NCBI GenBank assembly: GCA_951406725.2
Contig: OX597814.1
Span: 165,788,001-165,852,000 of the forward strand
Length of the DNA stretch: 64,000 bases
Direction: 5' to 3'
DNA from: Octopus vulgaris
Lineage: Eukaryota
Shown here: one piece after another, positions 22,301-32,000 of the stretch
How positions within the stretch are numbered: position 1 is the stretch's first letter
Layout: each line of letters opens with the position of its first letter
Position numbers and translations under genes: made by a program
The notes under the pieces: model-generated
The model's database searches: none
Told to the model about the DNA's origin: nothing
The model's input: only the letters and a program-made list of their open reading frames with translations

Positions 22301-24102
22301 CCATACTTTTGTTAATGAGCAAGTCATTGCCTTGCAAAAGAAATACACAGAGTGTTTTAAACTTTGAAACAGATTGGATGACTACAGTGAGAGTACCAAC
22401 ACAGTCAGAGAGGAATTGATGAGTATGAGGTACAATTGGTTGAAAAGAATATCTTAAATTAACCAATCAAATGTTTTTTGAAAATAGCTTACTGGAGTAC
22501 AGTAAAACTATAAAAACTGTAGGTTGAAGCTCTCACATTTAGAGTTCACCTGGCTGACTATATGCTAGTCAGTAAGTATGGCTTAAGTCAACCTTGTCTC
22601 TCTCATGCACACATTCCAACATCCCTTACATTCATTCTTTCACTATCATAATGAATTATATATAACAAGGACTTTCATAAATGATTTGCATACCTTTTGA
22701 ATATTGAACTTTAAATACCAATTGACTGTTACTGTTAAATCATTATCATTATTCTAATGTCCACTTCTCCATGGATCAGATGGAATTTATTGTGACAAAT
22801 TTTCTACAGCCAGATGCCCTCACCTGTTTCCAAGTAAGGTAATTATTTTCCCATTACAAGATATGTTTCACAAAAGACCAGAAACACACGATGCTGATGT
22901 ACAACTAGCATGCAATGCCAAGACAAGATAAGACCAACTCACACACATAAATATAAATATACAACAGGCTTCTTTCAGTTTCCATCTACCAAATCAACTC
23001 ACAAGGCTGAGGCTGCCCGACATTCAAGGTGCCAGGCAGTGGAACTGAACACTGAACCATGTGGTTGAGAAGGAAGCTTAACTACAGTCATACCTGCTAA
23101 TATAAGTAAAACAAAGTTTTGTGACTGTTAGTGAAATTAAACAAGGTTATAAAAAAATGAATGTAAGACCTTTTTGTCATCAGTTACTCAACTGACTGGA
23201 TGGCATAACTCTGTGAAAAATAGTAATCTTTTTCAGTAAAAATTCAAGGAAAGTTGACCCTCAAGGGAAATTCTTCACAGGAATGATAAGAACTTCCATT
23301 CTTCATAACATAAATATTATCATATTTTAATAATGATCTAATGTAATGTAAGTAAATAAATGTTCAGACCTCTTCACTGAGGATAAGGGATCAATCTCTT
23401 ATTAACAGCTTTACCTATTTTAAATTGGAACTATTTTCCTGTAACACTGTTTTGTCACATAATACAGTTCTATATTTAAGAGATGATGAATTATGTACAT
23501 TTGACAGATATTTGTCCTCATCTTGTTTGTTGTTAACACAACGTTTCGGCTGAAATACCCTCCAGCGTTCATCAGGTGTCTTGAGGAAATTTCAAACCTG
23601 GGTTTTCATTCCTAAGGTAATTTTCGATGTTGTTATTATTATTATTAAGGTCACTGTCTGGAATCAAACTCAGAATCTTGTGATTAGTAGCCTGCACTCT
23701 TAACCACTACACCATATGCCTGGGCATATGGCATAGTGGTTAAGATTCCGAGTTTGATTCCAGGCAGTGACCTGAATAACAATGATAATAATAATAATAA
23801 TAATAATATCGAAAAATACCTTAGGAATGAGAATCCAGGTTCAAAATTTCCCCAAGACACCTGATGAAGGCTTGAAGGTATATCAGCCAAAACGTTGTAT
23901 TAACAACAAACAAGATGAGGACAAATATCTCAATTGTAAATAATGTTTTGTTGCAGTTTATAAGACAAGTGCAAGACGAGGTAATTTATCTACAACTGGA
24001 CATTCTACCAATTATGTGCTGACCATACAACTACCAAGCAACAGAGATGAGGATTACTGGATAAACCAAGGAGTTGCTTTGCTTTGTCAACTTGATAATT
24101 AA
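254..24102 (+). CDS. DNAH3: Axonemal inner-arm dynein heavy chain, DNAH3-like; 3' part of gene (AAA6, lid and C-terminal domain), 15 exons, 5' part outside window
   Basis: Exons 254-379, 1684-1861, 2479-2552, 2844-2930, 4408-4614, 6105-6242, 8864-9124, 12287-12379, 12865-12963, 14766-14948, 17099-17191, 18220-18393, 20802-20912, 22003-22063, 23957-24102 join in frame (2031 nt). Motifs [66 protein letters not shown]. The ending [21 protein letters not shown]...CQLDN* fits DNAH3 better than DNAH7/12 as recalled; orthology needs a tree. Confidence 0.9.
392..770 (-). mobile_element. RTE-LINE-tail retroposon with (GAT)n tail and internal tandem duplication
   Basis: (CAT)n, then gtttaacgtc...ggatgcccttcctaatgccaaccac...gagtgtagtgggtgc; the part from gagtgtagtgggtgc onward is shared with the RTE fragment at 48978; 565-635 is repeated at 695-765. 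Confidence 0.7.
1064..1494 (-). mobile_element. tRNA-derived SINE (family A)
   Basis: Minus strand has A-box TGGCTGTGTGG, B-box GGTTCAGTCCC, internal (TA/TG)n and a (GAGTAAAA)n tail; near-identical copies elsewhere in window. Confidence 0.85.
1684..1861 (+). CDS. DNAH3: Dynein heavy chain exon
   Basis: cag|[10 protein letters not shown]...[24 protein letters not shown]|gtaggt. Confidence 0.92.
2479..2552 (+). CDS. DNAH3: Dynein heavy chain exon
   Basis: tag|(G)[24 protein letters not shown]|gtatgt. Confidence 0.92.
2844..2930 (+). CDS. DNAH3: Dynein heavy chain exon
   Basis: cag|[29 protein letters not shown]|gtaaga. Confidence 0.92.
3020..3375 (+). mobile_element. Degenerate CR1-like LINE 3' end
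   Basis: Similar to 13180-13585 (ccatgacttt...ccaacactacacctga). Confidence 0.55.
3951..4248 (+). mobile_element. RTE-tail retroposon
   Basis: gagtggttggcattaggaagg...catggaaagtggacgttaa followed by a (GAT)n tail. Confidence 0.75.
4408..4614 (+). CDS. DNAH3: Dynein heavy chain exon
   Basis: tag|[21 protein letters not shown]...[15 protein letters not shown]...CNKPQ|gtgagt. Confidence 0.92.
4801..5244 (-). mobile_element. tRNA-derived SINE (family A), full length
   Basis: A/B boxes on minus strand; flanked by a cctgatat duplication. Confidence 0.88.
5988..6032. repeat. (CT)n microsatellite
   Basis: Pure CT run about 70 nt upstream of an acceptor. Confidence 0.95.
6105..6242 (+). CDS. DNAH3: Dynein heavy chain exon
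   Basis: cag|[46 protein letters not shown]|gtattt. Confidence 0.93.
6693..7537 (+). mobile_element. Head-to-tail partial plus full copy of an unclassified interspersed element separated by (TTA)n
   Basis: 6693-6895 is a diverged direct repeat of 7310-7515; each is followed by (ATT)n. Confidence 0.75.
7545..7760 (+). mobile_element. RTE-tail retroposon
   Basis: ggagtggttggcattaggaagggcatccag...catggacaacggacattaaa followed by (GAT)n. Confidence 0.7.
7815..8682 (+). mobile_element. Tandem array of four SINE-like units (family B), including a recent ~180 bp duplication
   Basis: Repeated ttctgagttcaaatt...actttgcctttcatcctttc...aataaaataagtacc units; 7815-7993 is almost identical to 8191-8369. 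Confidence 0.75.
8661..8779. repeat. Compound microsatellite (TTA)n(CGT)n(AGT)n
   Basis: Seen directly. Confidence 0.95.
8864..9124 (+). CDS. DNAH3: Dynein heavy chain exon
   Basis: tag|[29 protein letters not shown]...LPYIPHPE|gtaagt. Confidence 0.93.
9228..9330. repeat. (ATAC/ATGC)n microsatellite
   Basis: Seen directly; a second tract lies at 9582-9620. Confidence 0.9.
10290..10425. repeat. Compound microsatellite (TG)n(GTT)n(GATT)n(GAGT)n
   Basis: Seen directly; another (TG)n lies at 10763-10808. Confidence 0.95.
11814..12240 (+). mobile_element. tRNA-derived SINE (family A)
   Basis: aggcgcaggagtagctgtgtggtaag...gagttcagtcccac head; A-rich tail ends 46 nt before an exon. Confidence 0.85.
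12287..12379 (+). CDS. DNAH3: Dynein heavy chain exon
   Basis: cag|[31 protein letters not shown]|gtaaca. Confidence 0.93.
12865..12963 (+). CDS. DNAH3: Dynein heavy chain exon
   Basis: cag|[33 protein letters not shown]|gtatgg. Confidence 0.88.
13180..13585 (+). mobile_element. CR1-like LINE 3' end
   Basis: Translates [40 protein letters not shown]...SFK, typical of the CR1 ORF2 C-terminus; (ATT)n tail. Confidence 0.8.
14126..14345. mobile_element. piggyBac-like MITE
   Basis: TTAA on both sides; TIRs ccctttcattac / gtaacgaaaagg; related inverted copy at 63475-63686. Confidence 0.75.
14766..14948 (+). CDS. DNAH3: Dynein heavy chain exon
   Basis: cag|[23 protein letters not shown]...MIVGK|gtaggc. 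Confidence 0.92.
15550..15782. repeat. Minisatellite, ~26 bp unit GGTGCTTTTTACRTGGCACYGGCACR, about 9 diverged copies
   Basis: Follows an RTE-tail retroposon fragment at 15470-15548 and amplifies one of its motifs. Confidence 0.75.
15790..16242 (+). mobile_element. Penelope-like element 3' relic ending in (TA)n
   Basis: Decayed reading [16 protein letters not shown] loosely resembles a GIY-YIG C-terminus; contains a minimal hammerhead motif; followed by (TA)n 16243-16302. Confidence 0.5.
16130..16177 (+). ncRNA. Minimal type I hammerhead ribozyme motif, core mutated (G8A)
   Basis: GTCT CTGATAA a GGGATA tatagaa TATCCT g GAAAC AGCT GTA AGAC. Confidence 0.6.
17099..17191 (+). CDS. DNAH3: Dynein heavy chain exon
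   Basis: tag|[31 protein letters not shown]|gtatgt (too short for the ORF track). Confidence 0.92.
17494..17572 (-). ncRNA. Hammerhead-like motif with extended stem II in a GC-richer insert (17480-17750)
   Basis: Minus strand CTGATGA t GTCT tga GCTA...TCCT GTAA AGGA...TAGC AGAC cac GAAAC atg GTT; stem I is weak. Confidence 0.4.
18220..18393 (+). CDS. DNAH3: Dynein heavy chain exon
   Basis: aag|[39 protein letters not shown]...MPSKP|gtaagt. Confidence 0.92.
18574..19084. mobile_element. Tc1/mariner-pogo type MITE
   Basis: TA flanks; TIRs ctgtaaaacctcgagtatagtcc / ggattatactcaaggatttacga. Confidence 0.75.
19970..20271. mobile_element. Fold-back (palindromic) element, probably Penelope-derived, inserted in (TA)n
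   Basis: 100 bp inverted arms 19996-20095 / 20119-20218 with 5 mismatches; outer arms aaacaattgcagc / gctgcaattgttt; TA-rich flanks. Confidence 0.8.
20110..20160 (+). ncRNA. Minimal type I hammerhead fold with variant core GUGAACA (G3-C8)
   Basis: TTTGTCA GTGAACA g GTTGT ggtctcaaa GCAAC GAAA ATA TTT TGACAAA: stems I and II and a palindromic stem III are all present. Confidence 0.55.
20368..20700 (-). mobile_element. tRNA-derived SINE (family C variant)
   Basis: Minus strand agtggttagc...gagtttgattc...tgtgttcttgagcaagacactttattt, shared with 58457-58711 and 34410-34690. Confidence 0.65.
20802..20912 (+). CDS. DNAH3: Dynein heavy chain exon, followed by a U12-type intron
   Basis: cag|[37 protein letters not shown]|gtatcctt. 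Confidence 0.9.
20913..22002 (+). other. U12-type (minor spliceosome) GT-AG intron
   Basis: 5' site GTATCCTT at 20913-20920; branch-point-like TCCTTAAT at 21985-21992, about 11 nt before TAG at 22000-22002; no polypyrimidine tract; splice gives MPI|IWIKP in frame. Confidence 0.85.
21324..21467 (-). mobile_element. 5'-truncated SINE (family B) with 15 bp TSD, inside the U12 intron
   Basis: acagcattgaatatt at 21309-21323 and 21468-21482. Confidence 0.8.
22003..22063 (+). CDS. DNAH3: Dynein heavy chain exon
   Basis: tag|[20 protein letters not shown], then phase-1 donor G|gtaaac. Confidence 0.9.
23535..23580 (-). ncRNA. Minimal type I hammerhead ribozyme motif, core intact
   Basis: Minus strand GACAC CTGATGA ac GCTG gagggtattt CAGC c GAAAC GTT GTGTT; palindromic AACGTT stem III. 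Confidence 0.65.
23856..23901 (+). ncRNA. Minimal hammerhead motif, core mutated (GAAA to AAAA)
   Basis: GACAC CTGATGA a GGCT tgaaggtatatc AGCC AAAAC GTT GTATT. Confidence 0.55.
23957..24102 (+). CDS. DNAH3: Dynein heavy chain terminal coding exon
   Basis: cag|(V)[47 protein letters not shown], stop TAA 24100-24102. Confidence 0.94.
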
Positions 24103-24255
24103 CTCCAGTCAGATAGAATGGATTGATGAAATACTAAAACCACTTTCAGCTTATATCTACAACACCAACTGAGCAAGAAAAACTCATAGAAAGGTAACAA
24201 ATGACCAAGCTAATGCTTCCCAGAATTACAGCATGAAAAGTTTGAAAGAAATTTA

Positions 24256-24415
24256 CCATATTTACTCATGTATAAATTGCAGCATTAATTAATATTAAAT
24301 CTTCATGCAAGAGGTTTCCCCTTCATTGTTTTAGCTTTGCCCCATGTACAAGTCACACCCAAATTTGCCATTTGAAATCAAGTATAAAATAGTGCGGCTT
24401 ACGCAAGAGTAAACT
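24256..24415. mobile_element. Degenerate pogo-like MITE in the presumed dynein 3' UTR
   Basis: Imperfect TIRs tatttactcatgtataa / ttacgcaagagtaaa. Confidence 0.45.
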
Positions 24416-24627
24416 AAACAAACACACATGGAAATTAAATGCTAACTCCCTAAACATATACCTTTGTCGAAGTGGTGAATACCACAAAACAGAAATCCAA
24501 TTTCAATTCCTGCATGGAATTGCTTCACCATTATAATTGTGCAGAGGGAAAGTATAAATAACAAAACTTCCTATTAATTCTCAGCTACAAATTTGAGATA
24601 TGAAACCTATAATAATAACTTATTATA

Positions 24628-24697
24628 AATAAAATTTCATTGCTATTTTCATCCAATGTATACTATCATCTACTTTCAGATATTAATTCACAATAAA
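24628..24697 (+). terminator. Candidate polyadenylation signals of the dynein gene
   Basis: AATAAA at 24628-24633 and 24692-24697 (ATTAAA also at 24294); AT-rich background makes this weak. Confidence 0.3.
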
Positions 24698-25464
24698 AAC
24701 CATATTTGATTTGTTTAATCCTTTACTGAGATTCTTTCATCAATAGTTATAGAAATTTTCTCAAAAAGTAATGCATCAGACTAGCTGTATTATGATTTGG
24801 GGTTCAAGTTCTGCTTCACATACATCATCTGTCTTTACTGAGGAAGCCATTACATAGACACCCTATCTGCTAGAAATAAGAGCCAAACTTTCTTTAAAAC
24901 ACACACTACTTTATTTTTTCATTCTATTACCACAGTTTTTTGTTTTTGTTTTTGTTAGCATGGGTTGCATGGATACCTATTGATATTGCTTTACAAACAA
25001 ATACTCTTCCTGTAACTAACCCTAATCTGTTTTTCAAGTAACAGATTTTTCATTTTGCTCATCTTCAAAAGTACAGATTTGTCAAGAGGACTAAAAAAAA
25101 GTTTGGATGGTCACAATTGGAATGTCTTAGAACATAGATCTAGTCTATTAGAGCTGATAAGGTTAAATGGTATCAACAACCATACCTCTCATTTCTCTAG
25201 AATTCATATTTATTAAGTACAAGTAAAATGCTGAATCATATCTGCTGAATAAAAAGCAATCAGTGTTTTCTTTTCATTAAAAAATAATTAAGCATGCCTT
25301 TATTTCAATAAAATTTTTGGTTTTGTAAAATGAAGTTAAGGCAAAAAAAAACTTCTTGAGAAACCAAATAGTCTTTCCTTCCTTCATGCCAAGTTTGAAG
25401 AAAATATCTCTTTTGCATCTTACTTTTTTGGTCTCTTAAATATACTGCATTTTGTGGCATTATT

Positions 25465-25749
25465 TCAAGCCAGCCGGCTTTTTTTGCGCAAAGTGCACAT
25501 GCATTTTTCTTGAATACACGTAGCATCAATCACAACAGCTGATGTACTTGCACATACAAATGCACATTCCCACAGCTTTATCGATCACATTCTCATCTGG
25601 AAACAATTTTTGTAATCTTTTCAAGACTTATACACGCCCTGATACCGTCGGTATCTACATATCAAATTTGAGCGCAATCGGATAGACGATGCCCGAGATC
25701 TTAGAAGACACACACACAAACAGACAGAATGGATTTTATATAATAAGAT
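25465..25749 (-). mobile_element. Non-autonomous Helitron-like element fragment
   Basis: Minus strand begins a|TCTTATTATATAAAA followed by (CTGT/GT)n and a CpG-rich core; 3' CTAG not found. Confidence 0.4.
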
Positions 25750-26141
25750 TGGTAATATATTTAAAATCACACATTTCCACTAGAAATATATTTCATAAAA
25801 CATTCATAGAAACTTTTTATCCATGGTATTTATATGATTAACCTTGGCCATATAAAAGTAACCAAGAGAGGTAAGAGAAAGCTGGAGATGACAAAATTTT
25901 TGCAATATTTGCCACAAACATAATTTACATTGATACAAAATGTATATATGCACTTCATTTTTAAAGTTTAGGTGAAACGATAGGATGATACACAAGCACT
26001 CAATTATGAGTGTATTACATCTTAAAGCAGAAACAGTAGTAAGCTCATGAAGTTCATGACAATTTTTTTTATTCCGTTACCATTTATCTAATTTCTTCCT
26101 ACTACTCTGTACTCAACTGATATTTTAGTCTGAAGCAAGTT

Positions 26142-26541
26142 CTCTTTTACTTGTTTCAGTCATTTGAATGTGGCCATGCTGGAGCACCACCTTTAGTCGA
26201 GCAAATTGACCCCAGGACTTATTCTTTGTAAGCCTAGTATTTATTCTATTGGTCTCTTTTGCCAAACCGCTAAGTTACAGGGACGTAAACACACCAGCAT
26301 CGGTTGTCAGGCGATGTTGGGGGGACAAACACAGATGCACAAACATATATACACACATACATATATATACATATATACGACGGGCTTCTTTCAGTTTCTG
26401 TCTACCAAATCCACTCACAAGGCTTTGGTCGGCCCGAGGTTATAGTAGAAGACACTTGCCCAAGGTGCTACACAGTGGGACTGAACTCGGAACCATGTGG
26501 TTCATAAGCAAGTTACTTACCACACAGCCATTCCTACACCT
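26142..26541 (-). mobile_element. tRNA-derived SINE (family A)
   Basis: Near-identical to 4801-5244. Confidence 0.87.
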
Positions 26542-27239
26542 ATAAGAAATGTGCCAACCACTGGCTACCGAAACTCGGGAATGAACCAGGGACCTTTAAA
26601 TGTGTATATTTTCTAACACTAAGTTATTAGTATCAACATGCATAAGAGAAATGATAAAATATTCATATTGTTTATACATCAAAAGAATTTAGAAACAAGA
26701 TATTAAATAAACTGTTAACAGTAGAACTCAAAAGTAGATAAAACTATATATAAAGTAAAAATATTGGATTAAAAAACTCTTGGATGGAAAAAGTTGAAGG
26801 CTGCCTTTGGGGCATGAACTCACATCTTTTGTAAACATGGCAGACATTCCACCATTGTTGAAAGCAATCATTCAAATTTCTCCTGTTTTAGAAGCTTTGT
26901 TCCTACCAGCACACACATTACTTTGGGTGCGAAAGAGTTTTGTTTTTATTTTATGCCGAGTAAAAAAGTGTTTTGTTGACAATCCATTTAACAACAAAGA
27001 AACAAAGAGGTGAGTAACAATTTGTCAGTGAATTGCACAATATAAATGGGTACAATTTCCAAGGCTTCCACGACACCCACTCTGTTTCATGGATCACAAA
27101 AAGGGTTTTGTAGCATATTAGGAGGCCAGAGTAGTTGATTCCACCCCAAAAAAAAAACGATTATTTTTCTTAGTGAAAATCGTGCAAGTGTTAATCTACA
27201 AATTTAACATTTTTCCATTCATTTCTGTTTATGAACATG

Positions 27240-27441
27240 TATGCATGCACAAAACATGCAGTAGGTGTACGTACGTACATGTGTGTTCGTTATATTATAT
27301 TATATTATATATAATATAACCAATTTCAATGGATTTTGCCTAAATTTGACGTCGATAGAACTCAGTTTGGTTTGAAATAAAGAACTTGATTAGCTTAATA
27401 ATCGTAACTTAATCCCAGGCAAGGCCGGGTTATACTGCTAG
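27240..27441 (+). mobile_element. Helitron 3' terminus
   Basis: GC hairpin cccaggc aag gccggg at 27414-27429, then CTAG at 27438-27441 followed by T. Confidence 0.6.
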
Positions 27442-27474
<33 letters not shown>

Positions 27475-27501
27475 TATATATTTTACAAGCATAATATATA
27501 T

Positions 27502-27873
27502 AGGTGCAAATGTGGCTGTGATAAGTTTACTTCCCAACCACATGGTTCCAGTTTCAGTCCCACTATGTAGCACCATGGGCAGGTGTCTTCTACTGTAGCC
27601 TCAAGCCAACGAAAGCCTTGAGGGATTTGAAAGGATGTGAAAGAAACCCATTGTGTATATATATATATGTGTGTGTATGTGCTTGTCCACTGTAACTATT
27701 TGATAATTAGTGTTGGCTTGTTTACATCTCTGTAACTTAGCAGTTCAGTAAGAGGCTGATACAATAAGTACCAGGCTTAAAAGAATAAATACTGGGGTCG
27801 ATTTGTTCAACTTAAACCTTCAAGGCAGTGCCCCAGCCTAGCCACAGTCCAATGCCAGAAACAAGTAAAAGAT
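27502..27873 (+). mobile_element. tRNA-derived SINE (older family A subfamily)
   Basis: Diverged but colinear with 11814-12240. Confidence 0.75.
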
Positions 27874-28547
27874 AGTATTTTTGTATGGGATAACAAAAAG
27901 TCAGTGCATCAGACAATACTTTCTGAAATTGTTTTGCTCCTCTTACAAGGCCGCTAAAATATCATCTAGCAGGATCACATCGGACATTCAACAAATCAGG
28001 ATAATGTAATTATTAGTTGGGTTATAATCAAATTTTAAAGAAATATAACAAAGTTAAAAACATAGAAAGGGGATCACTGAAAAAGACAAACAAAAACATG
28101 ACAGGGCAGGATGTAAAGATTCAATGAAAGACAACAACAAACCACATTAATTCAAAGAGGATAAATTCTTTTATATTCACATCTACAATATCGTTGATAT
28201 AGGTTTATGTACAAGTCAAAATGGTGATGGTAATTGCATTAGTATTAACAGCAATAGTAACAATTTTAATAGATAATAGTAGTAGAAATAACATTAATAG
28301 TAGAAAGAATAGAGTTCCATGAAAACTTCAACACATGGTATTAACATACATTTCTAGATAACAGGAAAATACACCCAGTCTCCCATTTTTCTGCATCATC
28401 CTACATTTATTTCTCCTCTTCCATGTTATTTGTAATACATCTGTGCTCTATAATTCTAGCCATAAATACTTTATCATCAAATTAAACATTTTATATATAT
28501 AATGAAGTTTAAAGTTTATTTTTAAAGCACGAGTCAAACAAAATTTA

Positions 28548-28598
<51 letters not shown>

Positions 28599-28958
28599 AT
28601 AGTATTGAAAAGAGAGAGAAAGCTCTACACTGCATTTGGTGGATATTGTTGATTAACAGTACTACCAATGGCATTTTGCAAGCACTGCACTTAAAAATGC
28701 TGGTAGTCATGTCCATATTGGTAGTCTAATCCACAATGGATGCAACAACCAAGCATTCTTAAGTAGAGAACTTGAAAAATGTGAACTTTCCAAATGAAAC
28801 CAGTGGTCGCACTGCTAATAAATAAAGCATCTAAAGTATTATAACTACAATATTGTTGCAACTACAAAATATTAAATATAATCACTAAGTTCAAAAGAAA
28901 TATGAATTCTCAGATCACATCTCAGAATTTTATTTTAACTACATCAAATTAACATTAA

Positions 28959-29174
28959 CCCTTTAACATTCAGATTACTCTGTCAACTGTAATGCTCATT
29001 TATTCACATTGGTTTGAATTAATTTTGCATTGTATCATTGCGTTGAGATTTCGATAACATGCCTTTACTTTTAGAATGACATTGTGGGGTTGGTGTGAGA
29101 AGCTGGATCTGTCCAGTTTGAACAGAAAACAAAGAATATTTAAGTTAGACATAGCCAATTTAAATGCTAAAGGG
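28959..29174. mobile_element. piggyBac-like MITE
   Basis: TTAA flanks; TIRs ccctttaacatt / aatgctaaaggg; degenerate second copy near 29523-29668. Confidence 0.75.
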
Positions 29175-30679
29175 TTAAAAGGACATAGAACAATTTCATA
29201 TCAACACAGCTGAGAGAATTTTTACTGTCATAATTCTCTTTTAGTGGTTTCAGTCATGCTTAGGCAAGGCCTTCAAAAGTTTTAGTCAATATCATCCCTA
29301 GTACATAGTCTGGTATTTCGTTGAATGGATATGTTCCTCTAAGTCTCTTGTAAAGATGTAAAAACTATAAGGTATTTACACCTGTATATATTAAGTGCCA
29401 GATTGATTCAGGTTCATGGAATTATTAGAGCATCAGATGAGATGCTTGGTGGTATTTATACAGGCCCTCTGTATTCTGACAGCAACAACTATAATGACAC
29501 TAGTCAAGCCCTTGCCTTCGCCTTAACTCTTCAGCCTTCATATAACCCAGTCAAAAATAATGTTTATTTAGTCATTGTTTTCAAATTAATCATGTGTTCT
29601 CTTGTTTTGAGATTTCAATGATATGGTTGTTTATTTGGGTCTGATACAGCTGGTTTAAATGCTAAGATGGGGAAACTTGCACATATGGCAAACTACTCTG
29701 TTGAGGCACTTTTCTAGTACAGAACCATGCCTTTACAAAATGGAGAGGTATTAGTCAACTCTAGGTTATAATAGAAGAGACATGCCCAAAGTGTTACGTA
29801 GTAACATTGCACTCAAGAAATGTAGATGCAAAGCAAACTTCTCAAACACACTCATGTTTTTTACTATTATTAAATATTATAGAAGAAAATTCTATTATTA
29901 GATCAGAAATTGTTTTTGTTATAAATACATTGTTTATTGACGTAACTACATTTATAATAATAATTAAAATTACAATATATATATCTCATTATAACTGCAA
30001 TATCACAGCATCATTAGGACATTATAACAAAAAGTTTATATTTATAACTGCAACATATTTATTCAGCATAACAGTAAAAATAAAAAACAATTTAAAGTGA
30101 ATGATGGAAGAGAGAGAGAAATATTGTAGAGATGAAGTGTTATTACGGACTATTTGGAGTGTTAAAGCTCAGCTTCTCACTATCTCCATATGTATTCTTC
30201 ACTAGCCAATATAATAGAAAGACATGAAAATAATTGTTACCATTCCACAGATTGTCTTGCTAATGTGTTGTTATCAGTATTTTTGCTCTCCTTACATTTA
30301 AGCTGAGGATGATATTTATCCTTAGATTTTGTTGAAAAAGAGAAATAGAATGTTTTTTTATAAATGTCCAGCAATCAATTTTATTTTTAGTAATTATAAA
30401 TCATCAATGTGAAAAAAATATGAAATATATTGAAAAAAGATTTCCTTTTTTTTAATATATACATTAGCACAAAGCTACAGATCTGCAGAAGTATAGTGTA
30501 GTTGACTGAATTAACTCCAGTATATGTACAAGTATTTATATTATTAAAGTCTTCCACACCAGAGTTTGAACTAGAACGCAGAGACACAAAACTAAATGCA
30601 TATAAAATTTTACTTTTTCTGTCTCTCTGATTGAAATCCTGTCATGGCTGACTTGACTCTTCATTTCTGCTTCACTAAA

Positions 30680-32000
30680 AAGTTTCTAACACTGGCACAA
30701 AGTCAGAAATTTAAGGAGGGCTATAGCTGACTGAATTCCCCCAAAAGGGGATGCAGGTAAGAATAAATTTTGGTGAGATTTGAACATAAATGACCATAAC
30801 TAAACAGAGCAAGGTATTCTTATCCAGTAATAATGATTCAACTTTCTTACATAGATACAAGACCACAAATCTGGTGGAGTTAGTCAATGACACTTACTCC
30901 AGTAATGGACTGATATATTTTATCAATCCCAGAAGAATGAGAGGTAAAGTTAACATTGGTGGGATTTAAACTCCGAACATATAGAACTATTTCAAAGCAT
31001 TTTGTTTGATGCTCTAACAATTCCACCAATTCACCTAATAACAATAATAATTTATTATATAAGCACAATTTATTATTTAAGCACAAAGCTACAAATTTAT
31101 AGGGAGGAAGGTAAGACAGTTATATCTCTCACAAACAGGAATAAAAACTCAAGTCACAGAACGTGCTGGACAGCAACTCTATTTGCATAGAAAATACATA
31201 ATAATAATAGTTCCTAATTTAGGCATAAGGCAAGAAATTTCGAGAGGTATGGGCTAGTTCATATTGTATTTTATCAACCCTGGAGGGATGAACGATACAG
31301 TTGATCTCAGTGGGATTTGAACTGAGTGTAAGGAGCTGGAACAAATACCGCAAGGCACTTTTTCCAATGCTTCTAATGATTCTACCAGACTGTTCCTAAA
31401 ATAAGCACAAGGCTTGGAATTTGTGAGAAGCATGGTTAGTCAGTTAAATCAATCACAGTATTTGACTGATACTTTATTTTGCCAACCATGGAATACAAAG
31501 CTGACATCAGGGAGATTTGAACTCAATAGATGAACAGGCAGAATGAATACCATAAGGCATATTTGTGCGATGCTTTAATAATTCTGCCAATTTACCAAAA
31601 TAATAATAATTTTTGTTTCTAAGTACAAAGCTACAAATTAATAAGGGAGAAGAATGGGATGTTAAAGCAGTTCTAGTTCTCACAAGAGCATTACCAAACT
31701 AACTAAAGTAAAACTGCTTTAAACAAGAATAAACCAAGTCACAGAATAGATGAGAGCTCAATAATAATAATTTCTCACATTTGTCCAAGGCCACATATAT
31801 ATAAGAGAGTAAGTAATCTATCAGCTCAATTCATGAATACCTTTAGTTCCTCTTTATTTTCATTAATCTAAGTGAGGACTTTTACACTGGAAAATTGTAA
31901 TCATCTGAATTAAAATCTGTTTACCAATGGTATTTATTTTATCAATCCCAGAAAAATATAAAAGGTGGAGTCAGCTACAAGAAGATCTGAATTTGAAGTC
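30680..32000 (-). mobile_element. Array of old degenerate SINE family B units
   Basis: At least five recurrences of ggcacaagg...ttttatcaaccc...ggatttgaact...gattct separated by (TAA)n. Confidence 0.6.

Larger units (their letters stand above)
23490..23944. mobile_element. Palindromic head-to-head dimer of a tRNA-headed, hammerhead-bearing element
   Basis: About 220 bp inverted arms centred at 23721-23722; each arm reads outward as tRNA-like A/B-box head, (AAT)n, spacer, hammerhead motif. Confidence 0.85.

Noticed and set aside
16130-23901. Rule that sense-strand hammerheads are always inactivated
   Set aside because: Two sense copies are mutated, but the sense copy at 20110 keeps a self-consistent core; the sample is tiny and transitions explain the changes.
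26760-28830. Hidden gene between the two convergent genes
   Set aside because: Short ORFs lack recognisable motifs or consistent splice signals.
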